Source of the DNA: Octopus bimaculoides
Taxonomy: Eukaryota
NCBI RefSeq assembly: GCF_001194135.2
Contig: NC_068983.1
Location: forward strand, 46,122,229 to 46,163,287
Direction of reading: 5' to 3'
Length of the DNA stretch: 41,059 bases
Shown: positions 1-9,700 of the stretch, piece after piece
How positions within the stretch are numbered: the first letter of the stretch is position 1
Layout: each line of letters opens with the position of its first letter
Position numbers and translations under genes: made by a program
Notes under the pieces: model-generated
The model's input: only the letters and a program-made list of their open reading frames with translations
What the model was told of the DNA's origin: nothing
The model's database searches: none

Positions 1-57
<57 letters not shown>

Positions 58-70
58 TGCGTGTGTTTGT
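1..70. repeat. (GT)n microsatellite; other long tracts include 3489-3541, 17461-17557, 33727-33795 (GT), 17916-17997 (GAA), 34828-34900 (CAT), 4984-5025 (AAT), 11205-11242 (ATAC)
   Basis: Directly visible; most N gaps abut such tracts. Confidence 0.97.
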
Positions 71-165
71 GTGTAGACGTATTTCTTGACATGCCTTACA
101 TGTGTTTGATAAGAATTTAAATGGAATACATATAACATTATACATTTCTTGATTTTCTCTGAAAG

Positions 166-378
166 GTAAACATGTAGTAATAAATGGTGCTTCACTTCAT
201 CACTGCGAAGATACTCAGACAATTCTAAACGTAAAGAATCCAGAAGACTGCCAAGAGACATGCTCGCGAAAAGGATGCTTCGGAACAATGTTTCTTAAGT
301 CAAAGAAAGTATGCAAAATGGTGATGTCTCTCAAGTATTATTTTCGGTTTATTGGTAACGAGGATAGTTATTTTGCTG
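166..378 (+). CDS. Second PAN/apple-like exon (213 bp) on the opposite strand, paralogous to 6560-6775
   Basis: KHVVINGASLHHCEDTQTILNVKNPEDCQETCSRKGCFGTMFLKSKKVCKMVMSLKYYFRFIGNEDSYFA. It shares INGAS and all five Cys at identical spacing with the minus-strand exon. Acceptor TTTTCTCTGAAAG, donor GTATGT, phase 1-1. Not in the ORF track. Confidence 0.8.
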
Positions 379-414
379 GTATGTATTTTGTGTTTCCTGT
401 TAATAAACATTCGT

Positions 415-558
415 GTGAATGGCAGTGTGGTTAAGAAGCCCGCTTTGTAACCACATGATTTCGCGCAGCACCATGACCGTGTGTCTGCTCCAATCACTCT
501 CGACTGACCAATACTTCATGAGTAAATTTGGTGTGTGAAAACTGTGTGGAAGTTCGTC

Positions 559-607
<49 letters not shown>

Positions 608-890
608 TGTGTGTGTGTGTGTGTGTCTGTCTGTCTGTGTGTCTGTCTGTCTGTCTGTTTGTCTGTGTGATGTGGTTGTGTGTGCGAGTATGTGTTTTTG
701 TTCGGTATTTGTCCCCCATTCTGCTTGACAATCGGTGTTGCTGCGTTTACGTCCTTGTAACTTAGCGATTCGGCATAAGAAACTGATAGCATAAGTATAA
801 GGCTTAAAACAAAATTAAGTATTAGGGTCGTTATGTTCGACTAAACCTTTGAAATCTGTACCCCAGTGTGACCGCAACCTAACTAAATCA
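415..890 (+). mobile_element. tRNA-headed SINE with an internal (GT)n/(GTCT)n microsatellite, near full-length copy
   Basis: Head GTGTGGTTAAGAAG...; body ending GTCGT; microsatellite; tail GTCCCCC...CTTGACAATCG...GTTCGACTAAA. The same three-part order appears inverted at 7768-8146. Confidence 0.65.
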
Positions 891-1338
891 CGTAGAATAT
901 TCACAACATATTAGATCATTAGTCAAATTTCTGTGCGAAATTTTTCCATCTTTTTACATTCTGAATTCCTGCTCGATGACACTGGCACCAAAATATATCA
1001 ATCTTAGTCTTATTTCCGGACAAACATTCATGGGGCAGAGAAGGAAGACCTATAAGGTATGCAATCGGTTGTCGTCCATGGAAACAAAACTTTTCCGATC
1101 TTCTCGGTCTTGTACCTTAGAAAAGATCATTCCAGTTGCAGATACATAGACAATCCTGGCGGGCAGACCTGACGTCTTACAGATATTTTCGGGTTGATTC
1201 AATTATTTATGCCTTTGCCCCTCATATAAATGGTGTTGTTTTGTATCAAAAGAAATTAATGAAGTTTCTCCTTCACAAACGATTACTTTCGAATTCACAA
1301 TATTACAAACACTTGACACTCTGTTTCTCTTATAACAG

Positions 1339-1391
1339 AAATTGTTTCTACTTCTAGCCAAGGCCAAAACTTTTGTAGGAGGGTGAAGTAA
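1339..1391 (+). CDS. Candidate terminal exon following 166-378: (E)IVSTSSQGQNFCRRVK*
   Basis: Pyrimidine-rich acceptor CTCTGTTTCTCTTATAACAG; phase-1 compatible; supplies one Cys; AATAAA at 1391-1396 overlaps the stop. It is short, so a chance match cannot be excluded. Confidence 0.4.
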
Positions 1392-1456
1392 ATAAAAATC
1401 TACACTTATACTTATATGATACAAAGACCAGTGATGCAATAACCTTTTATTGTTTA

Positions 1457-1499
<43 letters not shown>

Positions 1500-1504
<5 letters not shown>

Positions 1505-1909
1505 GGAAGCCGGAATAGAATAGGAAGCAGGACAATTGAGAAGGAAAACAAACTATGCTGGATCGTAGATATAGCATGCCCAGCTGACATGTTATGCGAT
1601 AAGGAAGAAAGAAAAGTTGAGAGATATGACAGGTTAGCTTGGGAGGTTAAGCAGTTGTGGTCGATGAAAAGGGTAGCAATAGCAACAATAATTGTTGGAG
1701 CCCTGTGAACAGTGAGCAAAAATCCCGAGAAGTACGTGGAACAAATAGGGGTTGCAAAAAAGGGTGGAGCACTTGCAGAAAACAGCACTGCTTGAAACCG
1801 TTCGAATACTCCGGAAGGTGCTCGAAAAATAAGAGGTGTTACCTTAGTTCACTGGTAGTGAACAGCTGACACTGTAGTACATCTCCAGCGTTAGAAGCTG
1901 TGCAAAAGC

Positions 1910-1960
<51 letters not shown>
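1500..1960 (+). mobile_element. 3' fragment of an R4/Dong-like (restriction-like endonuclease) non-LTR retrotransposon ending in (AAT)n
   Basis: IEKENKLCWIVDIACPAD...KEERKVERYDRLAWEVKQLW...IIVGAL*...LQKTALLETVRILRKVL resembles the REL-endonuclease C-terminus; in-frame stop; (AAT)n tail at 1910-1960. Confidence 0.65.
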
Positions 1961-1963
<3 letters not shown>

Positions 1964-1964
1964 C

Positions 1965-2176
1965 TTTTCTACTATAGGCACAAGGCCTGAAATTTCGGAG
2001 GAGGGTTTAAAGCGATTATATCGATCCCAGCGTTTCACTGTTACTTATTTTATCGACCACGAAAGGATGAAAGACAAAGTCGAGCTCAGTGGAATTTGAA
2101 TTAAAACCGTAAAAACGGACGGAATGCCGCTAAGCATTTGCCCGGTTTGCAAATGATTTTGCCAGATCGCTTCCTC

Positions 2177-2230
<54 letters not shown>

Positions 2231-2535
2231 CCCTTTTACTAAAGTCACAAAGCCTGATATTTTGGGGGAGGGGAAAAATTCTACCAAGAATGAAAACTTA
2301 ACTAAGTCAAATCATCGATATTAACAATAGTTTTTAAGTATTTTTAACTATTAATAATAGTTTCAGAGGATAAGAAGTCAATGACATCGATCCCAGGGCT
2401 CAGCTGGAACTTACTTTATCGATCCCGAAAGGATGAAAAGCAAATTCGATCTTGGCAGAATTTGAACTCAGAACATGAAGACAGGCGAAATGCCACTAAG
2501 CATTTTGCCGGGTGTGCTACGATCCTACCAGCTCG
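1965..2535 (-). mobile_element. Cluster of SINE family A copies (1965-2172, ~2230-2300 partial, 2340-2535)
   Basis: Reverse complement of the GCTGGCAGAATCGTTAGC...AAATGCTTAG...GTTCAAATTCC...GTCGATAAAATAAGT...CCAG consensus seen many times in the window; (AAT)n tracts at the ends. Confidence 0.7.
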
Positions 2536-3304
2536 CATAATAATAATTTAATGGCCTGTCAATGTATACAGTGAGTTCTTTTTCTCTAGGAGTTGGGAAG
2601 ACACTCGGAAAAAATGGTAAGAAAATTGATGCAAGAAAAAATAATAATAGTAATAGTAATAATAATAATCTTTGAGGCAGTACCAGACAGTGACACTCAT
2701 GGCTTCTCATCTTAACTAATTGAAAGTGTTATCATGTACTTTGTTTTATCTTGGTATAAAAGATGGGTTACAGCAAATATTCTGCTACAAATTTGCTTGT
2801 CAGTTGTTTGACCATAAGCAGTTGAGCATGTCCCTTAGTGGCTGACGATATGTGCATCTCTGATTACGAACAGAAGTAGTAAAGGGGCATCATAGACGTG
2901 TTAAGAAGAAGAATTCGGAGTTTGAATACTTCACCTAAGGAAACATGGGTGCTTCGTTCAACATCGTTAAACAACCCTTATTCAAGGATCATTTGAGCGG
3001 GATGACCCACTCGACCTGAAAAAAAATTCTAACTAAGCCCCACCAGCAAGGTCATGCGCTGTTGATCGTGATATGAGATCACTATGTCGTGCACATTTGG
3101 TTGTGATGCATGTGCCTGGTGTATCCTTATCAGGCTGGTAGTCATGATGGGTATACTGGGCTTCGTATATGTTACCCTGGTGTCACTTTGATGACATGCG
3201 CTGCTCTCTCACTCTATAAGAACAATAGACAAGATTGATAACTACCGACTAATAAAAAAGGAAATTGCAAGAATGTGAAGTACGAAGAGAGTGTCTAAAA
3301 GAAT

Positions 3305-3486
3305 TGTGAGCACGACGGGCAAAATGCTTAGATTCATCTCGTCCTTCTTTATGTCCTGAGTTCAAATTTCACCGTGCTTGACTTAAGGGGTCGATGACTT
3401 ACGAACCAGTTGAACATTGGGGTAGATGTAACAGAGTTGCACCCTCGCTACAAATTTCCGGCCTTGGGTCTTGTGCCTATTGTACA

Positions 3487-3490
<4 letters not shown>
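3305..3490 (+). mobile_element. SINE family A copy
   Basis: AAATGCTTAG...CTGAGTTCAAATT...GGGGTCGAT...CCAGTTGAACA...GCCTTG...GTGCCTA shared with the other copies. Confidence 0.6.
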
Positions 3491-3541
<51 letters not shown>

Positions 3542-4384
3542 NNNNNNNNNNNNNNNNNNNNNNNNNNNNNNNNNNNNNNNNNNNNNNNNNNNNNNNNNNN
3601 NNNNNNNNNNNNNNNNNNNNNNNNNNNNNNNNNNNNNNNNNNNNNNNNNNNNNNNNNNNNNNNNNNNNNNNNNNNNNNNNNNNNNNNNNNNNNNNNNNNN
3701 NNNNNNNNNNNNNNNNNNNNNNNNNNNNNNNNNNNNNNNNNNNNNNNNNNNNNNNNNNNNNNNNNNNNNNNNNNNNNNNNNNNNNNNNNNNNNNNNNNNN
3801 NNNNNNNNNNNNNNNNNNNNNNNNNNNNNNNNNNNNNNNNNNNNNNNNNNNNNNNNNNNNNNNNNNNNNNNNNNNNNNNNNNNNNNNNNNNNNNNNNNNN
3901 NNNNNNNNNNNNNNNNNNNNNNNNNNNNNNNNNNNNNNNNNNNNNNNNNNNNNNNNNNNNNNNNNNNNNNNNNNNNNNNNNNNNNNNNNNNNNNNNNNNN
4001 NNNNNNNNNNNNNNNNNNNNNNNNNNNNNNNNNNNNNNNNNNNNNNNNNNNNNNNNNNNNNNNNNNNNNNNNNNNNNNNNNNNNNNNNNNNNNNNNNNNN
4101 NNNNNNNNNNNNNNNNNATATATATATATTGTTAGTATTTTATAAACACATTGACGTTAAACTGAAAATAAATATATTTCAACATGAGAGTCTTCTGATT
4201 TTTTGCTTATTTGATAAATTTGATTGTGGTGTTAATAGCGAAAGATTTCTTAAGAAAATACCAACTATCATAAGATTAACACCCATTATTTCCTTTATCT
4301 ATTTATTATTTTTTTTTTTAGCAAGCTTAAGAATTTATGTTTAAGTATGAACATACTTCAGGTAAATACTATTAGTTTTATATT

Positions 4385-4760
4385 TTGGCAGAAGATCAGC
4401 GATTTCGGGACAGGACCCCATTGCTCAACTGGTTCTTACTTTGTCGACCGACTCCAAAAAGATGAAATCCATATTGACCTCAGAACATATAGATGGACGA
4501 AATGCCGCTGAAGATTCTGTCACGTGTGCTAACGATTCTACCAGCTCTCCGTCTTAGTTGTAGACATTATTGAGATATAGAGTAAGGCGATAAGCTGGCA
4601 GAAGCGTGACAGCGCCAGACAAAATGCTTAGCAGTAGTTTTTCTGACTCTACATTCTGAGGTCAAATAATGCCGAGGTTACGTTACTTTTCATTCTTTTG
4701 AGGTCAATAAAAAAAGGTACCCGTTGAGCAATGGGATCGATGTATTCGACTACACACTTT
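4385..4760. mobile_element. Two SINE family A copies in opposite orientation (4385-4552 minus, 4583-4760 plus)
   Basis: Same conserved blocks as the other family A copies, reading away from each other. Confidence 0.55.
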
Positions 4761-4983
4761 CAAAAACTGCTGGCCTTGTCATAAAATAAGAAAAGATTAT
4801 TAAAACGTGAAGTTCCGGCTCTTTACGTTCCTTACCGAGATAAGTTTTGCTTTTTATTCGTCTGGAGTCGATAAAATGAGGTTTAGATTCATACTCTCTA
4901 TTCCAGTATACGGTATAGAATAAAGCCACGCCTTCACCTTGAGATAGGCTAGTGTGCGACATAAGAGCCAAATAATAAAAATG

Positions 4984-5029
<46 letters not shown>

Positions 5030-6189
5030 TTATAAACAGAGAACAAGTGTGGTGGTCATGTTCTATATAGCACTGAGTACCACATTTGTTTTCTGAATAT
5101 AGGTTTCCTACAAATAGTGAATACAAAACTATTCAATGTGTGCATAGTTAACAGCTTTATTCATTACTGACACTTTCAAATATTTAAATGAAAATTCCAG
5201 AGAAAAGCATTACAGTTATAGTAATTTTAATTATATTTATTTATTTATTTATTTATTAAAAGCGTTTATTTCAAATGTTTTCTACATATCCTATTTTCAT
5301 AAGGAATAGTAACAGGAACATTCTCCGCGAAAGCAAAGGTGTTGTTTTCTTAATATGTAATGGCTGAAAACAAAGAGAATATATTTTAACGAAATAGACA
5401 ATCGAACTAGTAGAACGTAAAAGAGCATTTAGAATTGTCGATGGAATTAATTCATGTATTGGACTAATTAGGGTATTGGATCAAAACTAAGATAGTCAAC
5501 GACTATAGCAAGCCCGTGTTGATGTACAGTAGTGAGACGCGTATATTAAACGCCACCATATTAGAGTTACACGTAGTCGCAAGCTCGGTCGCATGCTCGG
5601 CATCTCTCCACGCGATCGGAATAGAAGCATCTAGACCTGATAGCGGAGAGGAATCGATGATTTCATCATTAGTTACTTTGCATGATTTAAGGACAGTAGA
5701 TTGACGATCCAAGCCTCTGAATGGACACAAGATAATGGCCTAAATCTCACGGCTGACAAGAGATGAGATGGTGCATCGATTTCACGTCTCTTTGGGTTTG
5801 CATGGTCAAGGCTGTGTAGAGATAGGCCAAGAATGGATTTCTCACTTACGAGTAATACTGGACGCAAAATGAATAAATGAATGATTGAACTGGAGTAATG
5901 TAACTTTTCCACACTTTCTGGCAATGTATCAAATATTTTTCGGTAAAACTGAGCATCATGAACAACGTTTAAGTAAACCACGACACGATTCGATGTAACA
6001 GTTTGACCTCTTTCATTGAAATAGCAATAATACAGGTAGAAAGAATTTTCTTTATCGTTTGATATTGAAAATATCTTGTGAATATTCTTTATCTTTTTAG
6101 CTTGCTTCAATGATTTTTCCTTCGGTCTACTTAGACTTTCGGTCACTTATGGACAAACCACTAGGTTGTAGAGGACCGTCGTCAACCAA

Positions 6190-6230
6190 CAATGGTTGTC
6201 AAGCATTGGCAGAGACAAACACAGAAACAG

Positions 6231-6298
<68 letters not shown>

Positions 6299-6460
6299 CG
6301 GGTTTCCACGCAGTTTCTGTTTACCAAATTTACTCACAAGACATTGGTCAGCCTGGCGTTGTAGTATCATAGAAGACACTTGCCCAAGAGTCCATGCAGA
6401 GGGATCGAACCCGGAACCATTTGCATGCAAAGAGAGTTTCTCAACCAAACACCCATAATA
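6190..6460 (-). mobile_element. Microsatellite-containing SINE copy (head 6297-6460, (TA)n/(CA)n core, partial tail)
   Basis: GACGGG...AGAAGACACTTGCCCAAG...GGATCGAACCCGG matches 7981-8146 and 16671-16830. Confidence 0.65.
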
Positions 6461-6559
6461 CGCGTGTTGTAAATTATATAATAAATTAACCACATTTACA
6501 ATAACATAAGCAGAGAAAATATTTAAATAATTTTCAAAAATTTGTTATGGGTGGCTTAC

Positions 6560-6775
6560 CAACAAACGCCTTCTTCTCGTCTCCTGTAAGTTGAAATTCT
6601 CTTTTTGTAGAAAGCATAATTCTACATGTTCTCTGAAGATTTGAATAATCAAACGCTGAACACTTTTCCTGTAAACACTTCGCTTTACATAATTTTATTG
6701 TAGATATTCCTTCGCTCACTTCTAAAGAATGGCAGTTAATAATTGAAGCTCCGTTTATCGAAATATTTTTTGACA
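6560..6775 (-). CDS. PAN/apple-like domain exon (216 bp)
   Basis: [14 protein letters not shown]...[27 protein letters not shown]...; shows the PAN core C-x3-C-x4-C-x2-F-x-Y-x6-C; acceptor TTCATTTCAAAG, donor GTAAGC, phase 1-1. Confidence 0.8.
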
Positions 6776-9700
6776 CTTTGAAATGAATGAAATCGAAAAG
6801 ATATTATTCAGTTGCTTTCTTAAATCGGATACCAAATTCAATTTTATGTACGGAAACATAATGAAAAATTACTTGAGTGGAACAATAGCATGAATTGAGA
6901 TGATTCTGGAAGGTGATGATGTATGAGATAACGTATATACGAAAGCGGCAGAAAAGTTCCCTACTTTGGGTAAATGAAAATACAGGAGGATCAACAACCA
7001 AGTTAGCAAGTTTAGAAAATCTCTATAAGAGACGACAGCAGTAATAATACAATACTGAGAATTAATGTTTATCACCACTTAAACATGGCTGTTCCGAAGG
7101 GACCAAAATTACAGTTATTTTAACCTCAGGAGGACGCCTTCTCCAGCTGGTCATTCGATACAGTCTGCATTTGATATATATTGCAAGCGGGGGAGTGAAC
7201 CCTTGCTATATTCCAGCCACGAGAACACCAGACCGTACGGTTTCGATCGCTTTGTGGTCATCCTGCTAGAGATAGCAGTTATTCACTCCAGCTCGCAATA
7301 CATAGAAAACAAGATTACCACAAAGAGATCGAAACAGTACGGTCTGGTGGTCTCGTGGCTGGAAGATGATAGGGGTTCACTCCCCTGCTTGCATTATATA
7401 TAGGGTGCAAATTGCATCGAATAACCAGCTGGAGGAGGCGTCCTTGAATTAAAATAACAGTAATGTCAGTTCCATCGGTACAGCCATGTTTGGGTGCCGA
7501 TAAACATTACAGGAGGATTTTCTAATTATAATTTTATTAAATATATTCCCCTCTCGGGTTCACACACTTACTGCAGCAGTCTTACAGTTTCTCTAAACCC
7601 GGTAAAAGAACTCAGAAGGTTGTCACTCCGACCATGCCTTTCGGGATACGATTAAAGCTAGGAAATTTCCAGCACCCCTACGTATTTACGTATAAATGTA
7701 TAAACGTACGTATGTTAATTATGTATGCGCGCGTGCGTGTGCAAACGGAAGAATACACTAATATCATTACTCTTTTACTTGTTTCAGTCATTTGACTGCG
7801 GCCATACTGGAGCACCGCCTTTAGTCGAGCAAATCGACCCCAGGAAACCTAGTACTTATTTTATCGGACTCTTTAGCCGAACCGCTAAGTTACGGTGACC
7901 TAACCACACCAGCATCGGTTATCAAGCGATGTTGGGGGAAAAACACAGACACACAAACACACATACACATACATATATATACGACGGGCTTCTTTCAGTT
8001 TCCGTCTACCAAATCCACTCACAAGGCTTTGGTCGGCCCGAAGCTATAGTAGAAGACCCTTGCCCAAGGTGCCACGCAGTGGGACTGAACCCAGAACTAT
8101 GTGGCTGGTAAGCAAGCTACTTACCACACAGCCACTCCTGCGCCTTAAGAAGGAAATAGAAATAATGTTACGTTTAGCTACAGATGTTCAAATGTCCAAC
8201 CACTCCCAAGGTTGCTGCAGTAGAAATAACCCGTCCAAAAGATTCGATTTGAATTGAAAGAAAACAATGCCATGTCTGTTTAATAGAAAGTTATTCAGAA
8301 TGTCGTTTGTACGCCAAACGAGAATAAGTAATCGCGAGAGGACCTACATTAGCTTACACACGCACGCGCCCACACGTACACACATACATACTCTTTAATT
8401 AGTTTCAGCTCAAGAGCTGCGGCCGCGCTGGAGTATCGCTGTTAGTTTAGCTACACCTTCGCTACTTGGAACCTCCTCTTCTTACATTGTGGCATTTGGT
8501 GAATGAGGGAGTGATGCCTCTGCCCTCATCTGCATTTCGGGCTGTGAGGTAAGCTTATCTGGAACTCTTGACAGGAGGAGATCCGTACCATGCAGATCTC
8601 TCAGGCCTTTTTGGAGAGCATATTGGTGTAGTGTGGGCCCTTGAAAACCCGGTTGCTGCATTATCTTGTCCTGCATCTTCATAGCAATGTTGGGATCTTT
8701 GTCGTCCCGTTCTACTGTTTGTGTAACTTTCAATGCCAAAGTTTGTTACAAGTCCTTCCAGTAATTCCCTGATGGCTTCCAACACACACACACACACGTG
8801 TGTGTGTGTGTGTGTGTGCGTGTGTGTGTGTGTGTGTATACATATATNNNNNNNNNNNNNNNNNNNNNNNNNNNNNNNNNNNNNNNNNNNNNNNNNNNNN
8901 NNNNNNNNNNNNNNNNNNNNNNNNNNNNNNNNNNNNNNNNNNNNNNNNNNNNNNNNNNNNNNNNNNNNNNNNNNNNNNNNNNNNNNNNNNNNNNNNNNNN
9001 NNNNNNNNNNNNNNNNNNNNNNNNNNNNNNNNNNNNNNNNNNNNNNNNNNNNNNNNNNNNNNNNNNNNNNNNNNNNNNNNNNNNNNNNNNNNNNNNNNNN
9101 NNNNNNNNNNNNNNNNNNNNNNNNNNNNNNNNNNNNNNNNNNNNNNNNNNNNNNNNNNNNNNNNNNNNNNNNNNNNNNNNNNNNNNNNNNNNNNNNNNNN
9201 NNNNNNNNNNNNNNNNNNNNNNNNNNNNNNNNNNNNNNNNNNNNNNNNNNNNNNNNNNNNNNNNNNNNNNNNNNNNNNNNNNNNNNNNNNNNNNNNNNNN
9301 NNNNNNNNNNNNNNNNNNNNNNNNNNNNNNNNNNNNNNNNNNNNNNNNNNNNNNNNNNNNNNNNNNNNNNNNNNNNNNNNNNNNNNNNNNNNNNNNNNNN
9401 NNNNNNNNNNNNNNNNNNNNNNNNNNNNNNNNNNNNNNNNNNNNNNNNNNNNNNNNNNNNNNNNNNNNNNNNNNNNNNNNNNNNNNNNNNNNNNNNNNNN
9501 NNNNNNNNNNNNNNNNNNNNNNNNNNNNNNNNNNNNNNNNNNNNNNNNNNNNNNNGCATTTCAAGAGGATGAAGAGTAAAGCATTTAAGCTCTGAACGTA
9601 AAAACGGATGAAATGCCGCTAAGCATTTTGTCTGCCGTGCTAACGATTCTATCAGCTCACCGCCTTAAAATGATAAAATACCGATTTCAAATTTTGGCAC

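Noticed and set aside
400-792. ORFs reading [26 protein letters not shown] here and across the window
   Set aside because: They are translations of di- and trinucleotide microsatellites, with no splice signals or domain content.
2660-3215. Probable interspersed repeat between (AAT)n and CTCTCTCACTC
   Set aside because: Single copy in this window, with no ORF or termini that I can classify.
3394-4344. Long ORFs spanning N runs (also 8555-9595, 19056-19867, 23601-24353, 35081-36154, 37673-38860)
   Set aside because: They are open only because N gaps translate as X.
5673-6146. 157-codon minus-strand ORF downstream of the PAN exon
   Set aside because: No recognisable domain, and no convincing in-phase acceptor at its 5' part. 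Only an internal acceptor (exon from 5857) is plausible, and that is noted under the ambiguous 3' end.
8440-8780. GC-richer, coding-looking stretch (ORF 8482-8739)
   Set aside because: No motif recognised in any frame, several stops and no splice boundaries; possibly a retroelement remnant, but that is unsupported.
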